Below, one piece after another: positions 38,679 through 48,685 of a DNA stretch of 64,000 bases. The notes under the pieces are model-generated. The model had not been told where the DNA came from. It saw only the letters and a program-made list of their open reading frames with translations, and ran no database searches. The position numbers and the translations under genes are program-made. Source of the stretch: Myxococcota bacterium. Its GTDB lineage: Bacteria; Myxococcota_A; UBA9160; UBA4427. Position 1 is the stretch's first letter. Each line of letters begins with the position of its first letter. The stretch covers positions 1 through 64,000 of the forward strand of contig JAYZFK010000040.1 of NCBI GenBank assembly GCA_036336835.1. The letters are read 5' to 3'.

Positions 38679-40847
38679 CTAGCGCGGCTCCGCAACGCGG
38701 CTCGGGCCGCCCTGCCCGCCGCGAACCAGCGATACCGCCGCCTGGTAGGCGTCGGCCCAGTCTACGTCACCGTCCCCGTCGGCGTCGCCGTCGGTGAGCA
38801 GCTTCGCGAAGCTCGGCGGCGATGTCTGAGCGCCGGTGAAGTTGTCGGCGATGGTGGCAATGTCAGCGTAATCGATCGCGCCGTCACCGTTCGTGTCGCC
38901 GCGCTTCCACGCCAGAGATTCGAAGCGCGGGGTCTCGACCAGCTGGAGGTACCGGATCTGCGCGGCTGCAGCGGCCGGCTCGTCGGAATCATCGGCCGCG
39001 ACGACGATGTAGCGGAGGTCGGAGTCGCCGCGCGTGAAGATCTGGGTGGAACGGAGCAGCCCGCCGACCCGCAGCTCGAACGCCCACTGATCGCCCTCGC
39101 GCGTCGCATCGCGATCCCTCGTGTCGAGGACCACCGTGAGCGCGCCGCCATCGGCGTCCTGGCTGCGCGCCCAGCCCACCCGGGGCACCGCGAAGACCGC
39201 GGCAGGGTCGCCGCTGAAGAACCCCAGCGCGAACCCGGAGCCCGCGGCGCGGAGCTCATAGCGCTTGCCCGCCTCGGGCGCGAACGGAAGCCAGGCACGG
39301 CCCGCGCGCCCGATGCTCCCGTCGGGCGCGAACGCACCACTCGTGCTCCACGCGACCGGTCGGTCACCCGAGACGATGTGCGGCGGCGTGCCATCCAGCG
39401 ACGGAACGTCGCCGTGCTCGCCGAACTCGTGCGCGACCAGCTGGGTCGGCCTCGACGCATTCCACCAGGCGCCGAGCCGAGCCGTCATGCGCGCGACGCG
39501 ATCGGGCTGCTGCGCGGCCAGGTCCTCCGACTCGGACGGGTCGGCGATCACATCGTAGAGATGCGCCTGGCCGCCGTAGTGCTCGCCGTCGGGGAGGATC
39601 AGCTTGAAGCGCCCCTCGATCAGCCAGCGACTCGTGCGCGCCGTCTCGCGGTCGTCGTAGACGAACCGACCTTCGCTCGCGACCGGAACCTCCACCTCGT
39701 AGGTGTCGCCAAACACCTCGTTGCGGGACTCGCTCAACAGGTCGATGCCCTGGGCCAGCACCGGCCGGTGCGAATCGGCACCGACCAGCGCAAGCAGCGT
39801 CGGAAGCACGTCGACGGTACTCGCAAGACGAGTGTCGCCCAGCTTCTGCTCGATGCTGCGCGCGTCGAACACACGGTCCTTCCAGTACAGGATCAGGGGA
39901 CCGCGCACCCCGCTCTCAGAGGGCGTGCGCTTTGCATCCGCAGCGCCAAGCGGGGGCTGCTGCCCGAGGAGCACCGGCGCCCAGCCGTTGTCGACCGCAT
40001 AGACGAACAGCGTGTCGTCCTCGAGCGGACGGCCGTTCGCGTCCCGGGTCGAGCGGAACAGCTCCCGGAGATCTCCCACGGCCCCGTCGAGCCAGTCGAT
40101 CGACGCGTAGTAGTTCGCCTGGTTGCGGGTCAGCTCACCGCCGGCGACGAGCTCGTTGTAGCGCTTGGCGAATCGGAGCGGCGGCGAGTGCGGCACGTGC
40201 GGCAGCTGCGGGGCGAAGGAGACGAAGAACGGGACACCGTCCTCGACCGCGTGTGCAACGAACGCCTCGATCGGGCCCAGCCCTCGGCGACCGACAGAGC
40301 GCGCAAAAGAATTTCCCAGGGACTCGTGTCGATCGTACGTGAGGCCCTGGTCGAAGCCTGCTCGTTGATAGTCGCCCTCCCACCATTTGCCGGTCTGCAG
40401 GCTGCGATAGCCGTACTCGCGCAGGATTCGCGGAAGCGTGGCGTGATACGCGACGTTGCGTCTCAGGATCTCCTGCGCCAACAGGTCCCGGGCGGGCGAA
40501 CCGGTGGCGGCAGGCTGATTGCCCGTCGTGCCCGTGGTCACGGCGTGGAGACCGGTAAAGAGCGTCAGGATCGAGGGACGGCACACCGAGGTGGGGACGT
40601 ATGTCCGCTGGATCAGCAGCCCCTCGGCCGCGAGCTGATCGATGTTTGGCGTCGCGACGTAAGGGTTCTCGCCCGTAAACGAATAGTCGCGCCAGTGGTG
40701 GTCGTCCGAGAGGATCAACACGATGTTGGGCCGCGCCAGGGACTGCGCCGGCCAGAGCGTCACGAGAGCAATCCACCCGATCCAGAGAACGGGAGCAAGT
40801 TTCGGCGTTCCTCGCGTCCGCGGAAGCGTCGCCACGCTCGTGCGCAT
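38679..40847 (-). CDS. Secreted sulfatase-family protein with C-terminal dockerin-like domain
   Basis: PNIVLILSDDH, variant motif CRPSI, TGKWW, DNGW; C-terminal GDTNGDGAIDYAD...GDADGDGDVDWAD. Confidence 0.88.
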   Translation of the reverse strand: MRTSVATLPRTRGTPKLAPVLWIGWIALVTLWPAQSLARPNIVLILSDDHHWRDYSFTGENPYVATPNIDQLAAEGLLIQRTYVPTSVCRPSILTLFTGLHAVTTGTTGNQPAATGSPARDLLAQEILRRNVAYHATLPRILREYGYRSLQTGKWWEGDYQRAGFDQGLTYDRHESLGNSFARSVGRRGLGPIEAFVAHAVEDGVPFFVSFAPQLPHVPHSPPLRFAKRYNELVAGGELTRNQANYYASIDWLDGAVGDLRELFRSTRDANGRPLEDDTLFVYAVDNGWAPVLLGQQPPLGAADAKRTPSESGVRGPLILYWKDRVFDARSIEQKLGDTRLASTVDVLPTLLALVGADSHRPVLAQGIDLLSESRNEVFGDTYEVEVPVASEGRFVYDDRETARTSRWLIEGRFKLILPDGEHYGGQAHLYDVIADPSESEDLAAQQPDRVARMTARLGAWWNASRPTQLVAHEFGEHGDVPSLDGTPPHIVSGDRPVAWSTSGAFAPDGSIGRAGRAWLPFAPEAGKRYELRAAGSGFALGFFSGDPAAVFAVPRVGWARSQDADGGALTVVLDTRDRDATREGDQWAFELRVGGLLRSTQIFTRGDSDLRYIVVAADDSDEPAAAAAQIRYLQLVETPRFESLAWKRGDTNGDGAIDYADIATIADNFTGAQTSPPSFAKLLTDGDADGDGDVDWADAYQAAVSLVRGGQGGPSRVAEPR

Positions 40848-41262
40848 CGCGGTGAGTCCTCCGCGCGCTCGACCGTATCACACACCCGCGCAGACGCAGC
40901 CGCGTCCGCACGGGGCCGCGCGCTCCGGGAGCTTTCCATCGAGAGCCGGCACTGGGGGATCGGCTGCAGCCGCTGCAGTCTGCCTGCCCAGCTCGGCGAT
41001 CAAGACCTGAGACCCGGAGACCTCGGGGGCAGGCGACTCGATGCGCGGATGTTCGCGTCCTCCGGTTCGGGCTCGCGCCGACCTGGTGATCGAGCAGGGC
41101 TGAGGAGACCGTCGAGCGAGATTGATGCAGAGGACGGGCGCAGATACTCTTGGGTCATGCGATCCGACGGATCAGCCAGCCCCACCGGCGGGCGGGAGTC
41201 CGCTCGACTGACCGCGCGGCTCGGGCCCCGGGCAACCAGCACCGCGAGATGACGCGGAGGAG

Positions 41263-42051
41263 ATGAGCATGGGTCGACTGGACGGAAAGGTGGCACTGAT
41301 CAGCGGCGCCGCGCGCGGGATGGGTCGGGCAGAAGCGCGGCTCTTCGCCGCGGAAGGGGCCAAGGTCGCGGTCTGTGACGTGCGCGATGCCGAGGGCAAG
41401 ACGGTCGCCGAGACGATCGGAGCAGACGCGATCTACCAGCATCTCGACGTGACGAGCGAAGACGAGTGGGATACGGCCGTCGCGGCGACCGCGAGCGCGT
41501 TCGGCAAGCTCGACGTCCTGGTCAACAATGCCGGCATCGCCGAGGCCGCTCCCCTGGCGGAGATGACACTCGACAGTTATCGGCGCGTGACCGAGGTGAA
41601 CCAGACCGGCGTGTTCCTGGGCATGCGCGCCGTGGTCGAGCCCATGACAGCGGCCGGCGGGGGATCGATCCTGAACATCTCCTCGATCGACGGACTGATC
41701 GGGATGAACCACATCATCTCCTACGTCGCGAGCAAGTGGGCGGTGCGCGGCATGACGAAGACGGCAGCAATGGAGCTCGCGCCGCGCGGCATCCGCGTCA
41801 ACTCGATCCACCCGGGCTTCATTCACACCCATCTTTCGGTAGAGGACGAGAGTCATCTCGCCGCGACCCATGCCCTGCTCGACGCGCACACGGCGCGGCT
41901 GGCCCCGATGGGACGCACCGGCGAGCCCGAGGAGATCGCACAGCTGGCACTGTTCCTCGCCTCGGACGAGAGCTCGTACTCGACGGGATCCGAGTTCGTC
42001 GCGGACGGCGGACTGGTCGCTGGCTACCCGGCGCCGGGAACCTCTGCCTAG
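41263..42051 (+). CDS. SDR, 3-alpha(20-beta)-hydroxysteroid dehydrogenase-like
   Basis: ISGAARGMG, NNAGI, YVASKWAVRGMTK, NSIHPG. Confidence 0.92.
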   Translation: MSMGRLDGKVALISGAARGMGRAEARLFAAEGAKVAVCDVRDAEGKTVAETIGADAIYQHLDVTSEDEWDTAVAATASAFGKLDVLVNNAGIAEAAPLAEMTLDSYRRVTEVNQTGVFLGMRAVVEPMTAAGGGSILNISSIDGLIGMNHIISYVASKWAVRGMTKTAAMELAPRGIRVNSIHPGFIHTHLSVEDESHLAATHALLDAHTARLAPMGRTGEPEEIAQLALFLASDESSYSTGSEFVADGGLVAGYPAPGTSA

Positions 42052-42109
42052 TCGGCGACGGCGGCGGCGGCACCGCGCGGTTCACACTCGCCATCAGGAG
42101 TGGTTCGAG

Positions 42110-43309
42110 ATGATCGAGATTCCCGACGTCAGTGACCCGGATGCGTTCGAGAACGGCTTTCCGCACGAGGTGTTCCGAGAGCTGAGGCGTGAGGCGCCCG
42201 TCTACTGGCACGAGGGCGACTACGAGGGCGGTCCGGGCTACTGGATCATCAGTCGCTATCGGACGATCAAGACGATCTCGCGCCAGCCGATGTTGTTCAG
42301 CTCGGCCTCGGGCATCAGCATCGAGGACCGCGGCGACAGCTTCGTGTCGATGATCGGAATGGACCCGCCCGACCACCGCCGCTACCGGGCGCTGGTCTCG
42401 AGCGGCTTCACTCCGAGACAGATTGCCGCGCAGGAGCCGCACCACCGCGAGATCGTAAAGTCGATCCTCGACGACGTGATCGACCGCGGCCACTGCGACT
42501 TCGTGGTCGACGTCGCCTCCGGGCTCCCGCTGAGAGTGATCGCCGAGCTGCTCGGTGTGCCGCAGTCGGCTTGCGACGACATCTTCGACTGGAGCAACCG
42601 GATGATCGGGAGCCAGGATCCGGAGTACGTCGTCAGCCTCGAGGAGGCTGCCAGCGCCGCCCAGGAGATGTTCGTCCTGGCGAACGGGCTGGCCGAGGAT
42701 CGGCAGGCGAATCCCCGCGCAGACCTGATGAGCACGATCCTTCACGGCGAGGTCGACGGCAGCCGCCTGAACACCGTCGAGTTCGACTCGTTCTTCCTGC
42801 TGCTCGCGGTCGCAGGCAACGAGACCACGCGCAACCTGATCTCGCACGGGCTGCTGCTACTGCTCGAGCATCCCGAGGTCCTCGAGCGCCTGCGCGAGGA
42901 TCCGTCGCTCGTGCCGGCCGCGATCGAAGAGATGCTCCGGTTCAAGTCGGTGGTCCACTACATGCGCCGCACCGCGGCCGAGGACACGGAGCTCGAGGGG
43001 CAGCGCATCCGAAAGGGCGACAAGCTGGTGCTCTACTACCCGAGCGCGAACCGAGACGAGGCCATGTTCGATCGCCCGGACGTATTCGACATCGACCGAA
43101 GCAACAACCACCACCTGGCCTTCGGCGTCGGTGAGCACTTCTGCATCGGCACGGCCCTTGCGCGGCTCGAGACCCGCGTCATGTTCGAGGGGATTCTCGA
43201 GCGGATGCACGACCTCGAGCTGGCCGGCCCCGTCTCGTACCTGCGCTCGAACCTGATCGACGGCGTCAAGCACATCCCGCTGAAGTTCACGGCCGGCGGC
43301 GCTGCCTAG
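42110..43309 (+). CDS. Cytochrome P450 (CYP125/142-like)
   Basis: MDPPDH, AGNETTRN, EEMLR, FGVGEHFCIG; ATG after AGGAG. Subfamily is inference. Confidence 0.95.
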   Translation: MIEIPDVSDPDAFENGFPHEVFRELRREAPVYWHEGDYEGGPGYWIISRYRTIKTISRQPMLFSSASGISIEDRGDSFVSMIGMDPPDHRRYRALVSSGFTPRQIAAQEPHHREIVKSILDDVIDRGHCDFVVDVASGLPLRVIAELLGVPQSACDDIFDWSNRMIGSQDPEYVVSLEEAASAAQEMFVLANGLAEDRQANPRADLMSTILHGEVDGSRLNTVEFDSFFLLLAVAGNETTRNLISHGLLLLLEHPEVLERLREDPSLVPAAIEEMLRFKSVVHYMRRTAAEDTELEGQRIRKGDKLVLYYPSANRDEAMFDRPDVFDIDRSNNHHLAFGVGEHFCIGTALARLETRVMFEGILERMHDLELAGPVSYLRSNLIDGVKHIPLKFTAGGAA

Positions 43310-44556
43310 CCCTTGTCCTTGCGCGAGGGCGCGGCGTTGTGGCGCACCTCGTTGAACGGCACCCCTCGGTCGGCCGCGAACTCGCGCGGCATCATGAGCA
43401 TCCGCTCACTGATGAGGTTGCGCTGCATCTCGGTGGTGCCGCCGCCGATCTCGGCAGCCTGGCGACCCACGAAGTGCGTGCCCACCCCGCTGGCGGCGTC
43501 GCCCTCGTGCCAGGCGGCCGCCCGCGCGCCCGCGATGGCGAGGACCATGTCCGACCGGCGCACGGAGGCGCGTGCCCCCATCAGGCGCAGCAGCGCTCCG
43601 GCCGTGGGCGGGAAGTGTCCGCTCGTCATCGCCGCGCCGACGCGACGGGTCGTCTCCTGCTGGACGAACCGCAGTGCGTAGTCCTCGCCGACGATCTGCC
43701 GGACCTCCGCGTCGCTGGCCTGTCCCGTGGAGAGGGCGAGCTCCATGATATCCGAGCGCGCGCGGCCGGTCGGCGGCGCCTGCAGGCCGCTCGTGTGAAT
43801 CGACACATTGCCCATCGAGTTCCGCTCATGGGCGAGCAGTCCCCGCACTACCGTCCAGCCTGCGTCCACCTGCCCGATCACGTTCTCGACGGGGACACGC
43901 ACGTCGTCGAAGAATTCCTGGCAGAATTCGGTGCCGCCGCCGGTGTCGACGATCTGCTCCACCGTAATGCCGGGCTGATCGATCTCGACGGCCAGCACGG
44001 TAATGCCGTCGTGCTTGGGCACGTCCCAGTTCGAGCGGGCCAGGAGGATTCCGTAATCGGCCGCGTGCGCACCCGAGCTCCAGATCTTGGAGCCATTGAG
44101 CACGAAGGAGTCGCCGTCGAGAGTGGCTCGCGTGGTGAGCGAGGCGAGGTCCGAGCCGCTCGTGGGCTCGGAGAGAAACTGCACCCAGATTTCGTCACCG
44201 CGGATCATCGGCGGCAGGAAGCGGAGCTTCTGCTCGTGGTTGCAGAACTCGACCAGCGTGGCGCCGATGATGCCGAAGGTCGGGATGTTGAGCGCCAGCG
44301 GCATCTCGTACTTCATCGTCTCCTGGTCGAGCACTCGCTGATGCTCGGGGGTGAGCCCCAGCCCGCCGTACTCCTTCTCGAAGCACACACCGGCAAAGCC
44401 GCCCTGGTGGAGCATCTGCTGCAGCTCTCGGCAGCGCTCGAAATTGCGGACTTGTCCCTGCCCCTCCGGTCGCAACGGCATGTTGTCGGCGAGCCAATCG
44501 CGGGCACGGAGTCGGAACTCTTCGGGAGTCTCGACCTGTGCGTGGGATTCCGTCAT
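43306..44556 (-). CDS. Acyl-CoA dehydrogenase (probable catalytic subunit of a heteromeric pair)
   Basis: VQFLSEPTSGSDLA, GSKIWSS, FCQEFFDDV, LAHER, GGGTTEMQRNLISER; ATGA overlap with partner. Confidence 0.93.
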   Translation of the reverse strand: MTESHAQVETPEEFRLRARDWLADNMPLRPEGQGQVRNFERCRELQQMLHQGGFAGVCFEKEYGGLGLTPEHQRVLDQETMKYEMPLALNIPTFGIIGATLVEFCNHEQKLRFLPPMIRGDEIWVQFLSEPTSGSDLASLTTRATLDGDSFVLNGSKIWSSGAHAADYGILLARSNWDVPKHDGITVLAVEIDQPGITVEQIVDTGGGTEFCQEFFDDVRVPVENVIGQVDAGWTVVRGLLAHERNSMGNVSIHTSGLQAPPTGRARSDIMELALSTGQASDAEVRQIVGEDYALRFVQQETTRRVGAAMTSGHFPPTAGALLRLMGARASVRRSDMVLAIAGARAAAWHEGDAASGVGTHFVGRQAAEIGGGTTEMQRNLISERMLMMPREFAADRGVPFNEVRHNAAPSRKDKG

Positions 44557-45695
44557 CGTGTCTCCTCGTCCATGCCAATCAGCCGGGCAATCCGCTCCCG
44601 GTGGTCGCGCGGTGTTCCGTAGCGGACCTGATTGGTCGTGGCCCGCCGCAAGTACAGGTGGAGGTCGTACTCCCAGGTCACGCCGAGTCCGCCGTGCATC
44701 TGCACGCACTCGTGCAGGACGAACGTCGCGTGATCGCCGACGTACGACTTGGCGGCGCTCGCCTTGGCGGGGGCTTCCTCGTCGCGATGCTGCACGGCCC
44801 GGGCGACGGCCGTCGCCGCCGCCTGACTCGCCTCCAGGTAGAGCTTCATGTCCGCAAACCGGTGCTTGAGCGCCTGGTAGGAGGCGAGGGGCCGACCGAA
44901 GGAGTGGCGGTCGAACATCCACTCGAGGGTGACCTCGAAGACCCGGTCGACCGCGCCGACGGTCTCGGCGAGCTGCAGGGCGATGGCGATCTGAAGCTGG
45001 CGCTCCACGTCGTCGGCGGCGGCGTCCACCTCTCCGAGCACGGCCGACGCCGGGACGAACACGTCCTCGAAGCGCACCTCCGCGTAGCGGCGCACCAGAT
45101 CGAGGCCTTCCATGGGCTTCACGCTGATTCCGGCGGTGTTCGCGGGAACGAGGAGCTGGCTGAGCCCGCCCGCGGTTCGCGCCGTCACGAGGAAGTGATC
45201 GACCTGCCCTGCCGCCTCGACGGGAGCCTTGACCCCGCGCAGGACGAAGCCCCCGTCGCTTGCACGAGCCTCCAGCGCGAGCGCATCGGCCTGCCAGCGA
45301 TCGCCGGGCTCGTCGAGCGCCCAGGTTGCCAGCGTCTCGCCCGACACGATGCCCGGCAGCAGCGCCTGCTGCTGCTCCGGCGTCCCGCGCTCGGAGACCG
45401 CCGCCGCCACCACACTGGTCACCAGCAGAGGACCGGGCGTCACCAGTCGCCCCATCTCCTCGGCGACGATCACGAGATCGAGCAAACCCTCGCCCGCCAG
45501 GCTCCCGCCGCCGTGCTCCTCGGGGACGAGCGTGGATGTCCAGCCCATCTCGGCGCCCCGCTGCCACCAACCGCGTTCGAAACCCGCCGGGTCATCGGCG
45601 AGCTTTCGCACGGTTTCGATGGGCATCTCGGACTCGAGGAACTTTCGGGTCGAAGCCCGGAAGAATTCCTGGTCCTCACTCAGATCGAGATCCAT
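44553..45695 (-). CDS. Acyl-CoA dehydrogenase (partner subunit)
   Basis: AETVG, RHSFGRPLASYQALKH, VQMHGGLGVTWEYDLHLYLRR. Confidence 0.93.
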   Translation of the reverse strand: MDLDLSEDQEFFRASTRKFLESEMPIETVRKLADDPAGFERGWWQRGAEMGWTSTLVPEEHGGGSLAGEGLLDLVIVAEEMGRLVTPGPLLVTSVVAAAVSERGTPEQQQALLPGIVSGETLATWALDEPGDRWQADALALEARASDGGFVLRGVKAPVEAAGQVDHFLVTARTAGGLSQLLVPANTAGISVKPMEGLDLVRRYAEVRFEDVFVPASAVLGEVDAAADDVERQLQIAIALQLAETVGAVDRVFEVTLEWMFDRHSFGRPLASYQALKHRFADMKLYLEASQAAATAVARAVQHRDEEAPAKASAAKSYVGDHATFVLHECVQMHGGLGVTWEYDLHLYLRRATTNQVRYGTPRDHRERIARLIGMDEETR

Positions 45696-45824
45696 TCTTT
45701 CACCTGTCTTCCGTCCTGGTAGAGCCGACCATCAGGCGCGCCGGATTCTACGCGAACCCCGAGCGACGTGTGGTCATGCGGCGGAGAACGACCCCGGCGC
45801 CTCCGGGCGACGCTCGAGGCCGCG

Positions 45825-46571
45825 CTAGGTCGTGACGTTGCCGCCGTTCAGCTGCAGCGTCTGGCCCGTCATCCACGCCGCTTCGTCCGACGCCAGGTAG
45901 ACGACGAGCGCTGCAATGTCGCGGGGCTGTCCGAGCGCACCCACGGGCACCGTCTTTGCCATGTGTGCCGTCACGCTCGGATCGCTGTGGTTGTCGATCA
46001 AGCCGATCGCGATCGAATTGGCCGTGACGCCGTTGCCGGCGACCTCCATCGCGAGATGGCGCATGAAGGCGATGCCGCCCCCCTTGCCGGCTCCGTAGGC
46101 TGTGATGCCGAGCGGAATCCCGACGGTTCCGGCCCCCGACGAGATCGTGATGATGCGCCCATGACCGCGCTCGCACATGCCCTCGACCGAGACGTGGCTG
46201 CAGTTCATGACGCCATAGGTGTTGAGCTCGATGTAGGGGCGCCACTGATCCGGACTCGTCTGGCGAAACTGCGCGACGCTCATGCCCGGCGGAACGCCCG
46301 CGTTGTTGACGAGGATGTCGAGCGGGCCGAGATCCGATTCGACCTTGCCCAGCCCGGTCTTCACCGCGTCGTAGTCGCAGACGTCGAAGCAGGCAGCGAG
46401 CGCACTGCCGCCCGCGGACTCGATGGACTCGACGGTCGCAGCGGCGCGCTCTTCGTGGAGATCGTTGACCGCGACGCGCGCACCCTGGCCGGCGAGCGCA
46501 CGGGCGATCCCGGCGCCGACGCCCTGTCCGGCGCCCGTGACGAGAGCGCTCCGGCCGGTGAGATCGAACAT
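45825..46571 (-). CDS. Short-chain dehydrogenase/reductase
   Basis: VTGAGQGVG, NNAG, YGAGK, TGQTLQLNGG. Confidence 0.92.
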   Translation of the reverse strand: MFDLTGRSALVTGAGQGVGAGIARALAGQGARVAVNDLHEERAAATVESIESAGGSALAACFDVCDYDAVKTGLGKVESDLGPLDILVNNAGVPPGMSVAQFRQTSPDQWRPYIELNTYGVMNCSHVSVEGMCERGHGRIITISSGAGTVGIPLGITAYGAGKGGGIAFMRHLAMEVAGNGVTANSIAIGLIDNHSDPSVTAHMAKTVPVGALGQPRDIAALVVYLASDEAAWMTGQTLQLNGGNVTT

Positions 46572-46727
46572 CAGAAGCCTCCGGGTCGATTCCGATCGCT
46601 CGCGCAACCCTACCGGATCGGCCGCGCAAGCTCTCGCCCACCGACCCGGGTCTTGGCGGACGGCGGTTCCGACCCGCTTTGCCTCGAGGTCGCGAGGGTA
46701 TACTCGCCGCCCCAGACGGAGGAGCCG

Positions 46728-47960
46728 ATGGCCGAGCCCGTAACCACACCCCTCGTCCAGCCCGATCCTACCGACGCCCGCTTCGCTGCGGATCCCGAGG
46801 CCGTCTACGGGCCCATCCGCGCTCGCGCGCCGGTCTGGTGGTGGGAGGAAGCGCGCGGCTGGCTCGTGACCGGGCACGCACCCTTCGTCGAGGCCTCGCG
46901 CCACGACGACCTGGTGATCGACCGCCGGCTCTGGGAGCACTACGAAGCGCCGACCGATCCCATAGCACTCGCCATGGAAGACCGTCTGGACGAGGCACTT
47001 CCCATGATGGCCGACGGGCCGCACGACCGGGTGCGCGGCCTGCTCGGCAAAGCCTTCACGCCGAGAGCGGTCGCGCGCCTCGAGCCCTCGATTCGTGAAA
47101 TCCTGGGCGAGCTGATCGAAGGGCTCCGACCCAAGGGCCGCTTCGATCTCGTGGCCGATCTCGCCAACTGGTATCCGATCCGCGTGATCAGCCGCATGTT
47201 CGGGATTCCGCCCAACAGCGAGCGCGAAGCGCGCTTCAAGCAATACGCGGATGTCTTCGTCCGCTCGGTGAACCCCTTCCTATCCGCCGACGAGCGTGCG
47301 CGCTCGGCACGCGTCCAGCTGAAGTTCTTCGAGCTCGTCGCAGAGGTGGTGGAAGAGCACCGGGCCGATCCCCGCGACGACATCCTGTCCGCGCTGATCA
47401 CCGCCGAAGAGGATGGGGATCGACTGTCGACCCCGGAGCTACTCAATCTCGTGCTCGGCCTGATCATGGCGGGCACCGAGACCACGGCCAGCGCAGTCGC
47501 GGTCGGGATGTACGAGCTGCTCCGCCACCCCGACCAGCTGGAGGTCTTTCGCGAGGACCCGAGCGTCCGGGCGAACGCGGTACTCGAGCTCCTTCGCGTG
47601 GGGGCGGGTCTGCAGATCGAGCGCTTCGCGCGGCGAGACCTCGAGATCGCCGGCGTGCCGATCCGCAAGGGCCAGATGGTCGTGGCCTCTCTGTACGCCG
47701 CGCACCACGACCCGGCCGTGTTCCCGGAGCCGGAGACTCTCGACCTGCGGCGCGACCTCAAGGAGCTGGCGGTCTTCGGCGGCGGTCGACACTTCTGTCT
47801 GGGTACGCAGCTCGCAAAGCTCGAGCTGCAGATCGCCTACTCGACCCTGATCGACGGTCTGCCGGGCCTGCGGCTCGCGGTTCCAGCAAACGACATCGAG
47901 ATCACCTGCGACAACCGACGCAGCGTGGTGTCGCTACCGCTCGAGTTCGACCCCGCCTGA
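46728..47960 (+). CDS. Cytochrome P450
   Basis: AGTETT, ELLR, FGGGRHFCLG; ATG after GGAGGAG. Confidence 0.94.
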   Translation: MAEPVTTPLVQPDPTDARFAADPEAVYGPIRARAPVWWWEEARGWLVTGHAPFVEASRHDDLVIDRRLWEHYEAPTDPIALAMEDRLDEALPMMADGPHDRVRGLLGKAFTPRAVARLEPSIREILGELIEGLRPKGRFDLVADLANWYPIRVISRMFGIPPNSEREARFKQYADVFVRSVNPFLSADERARSARVQLKFFELVAEVVEEHRADPRDDILSALITAEEDGDRLSTPELLNLVLGLIMAGTETTASAVAVGMYELLRHPDQLEVFREDPSVRANAVLELLRVGAGLQIERFARRDLEIAGVPIRKGQMVVASLYAAHHDPAVFPEPETLDLRRDLKELAVFGGGRHFCLGTQLAKLELQIAYSTLIDGLPGLRLAVPANDIEITCDNRRSVVSLPLEFDPA

Positions 47961-48000
47961 TCGCCGCGCAGTCCTTCGCAAGCCCACGCGAGATCGCGCG

Positions 48001-48429
48001 TCAGGCGGGAGGCTGCTCGGCGAGCTCGACTGGGACGCCGTCGGGATCCGCCAGGTAGAAGGCGGTGATGCCCGGGGCGATCTCGACGAGCTCCGAGATC
48101 ACGTTCACCGACGGATCGCTCGCGAGCTCCCGAAAGCGGGCGCGCACATCGGGCACCCAGAACGACAGGTGGGGGTTGCCGACGTTGCGGTGCTCGAGCT
48201 CGAGGACCTCGCCGCCTCCCGCCGCGTACGCCACGAGCTGGAGCGTGAAGTGGCCCGCGCGGAGCATGGCCACGTCGATGCGCGCGCCGGGGTTCCGAGT
48301 CAGCGTCCCGAACGCTTCGCTCTCGAACGGTCCGCGGTAGATCTCCTCCATGCCCACCACCCGCCGATAGAAATCGAGCGAGCGCTCGAGATCGCCAACG
48401 GTGAGTCCAACGTGTCCGAAGTCGGGCAT
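48001..48429 (-). CDS. VOC/glyoxalase family protein
   Basis: HVGLTVGDLERSLDFY, HLSF, FYLADPDGVPVEL. Confidence 0.9.
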   Translation of the reverse strand: MPDFGHVGLTVGDLERSLDFYRRVVGMEEIYRGPFESEAFGTLTRNPGARIDVAMLRAGHFTLQLVAYAAGGGEVLELEHRNVGNPHLSFWVPDVRARFRELASDPSVNVISELVEIAPGITAFYLADPDGVPVELAEQPPA

Positions 48430-48685
48430 GGCTCGGGTGCCTCCTGCGATGTCGAAGTGAGCTGCTCGCGACGCACCGCGAAAAGACGAGCCGTGGCGCG
48501 AGGGTACCACCCGCCCGATCGAGCTGGCCGATGGCGAGAGAAGACCGACGTCGCTCTCGCCAGCCTGGAGCCGAGGCCCCTCACAGGATCGATCGAGGCG
48601 AGTATGGAGAAAAATACGGATTGTCTGTCGGGCCCCCAGGCGAGACTATGGATGGAGAGCTGAAACCTCCGAACAGGAGGCGCGG

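Noticed and set aside
48532..48562. Hairpin TGGCGAGAG...CTCTCGCCA
   Set aside because: A 9-bp GC-rich stem with no U tract and no second copy; cannot be distinguished from chance.
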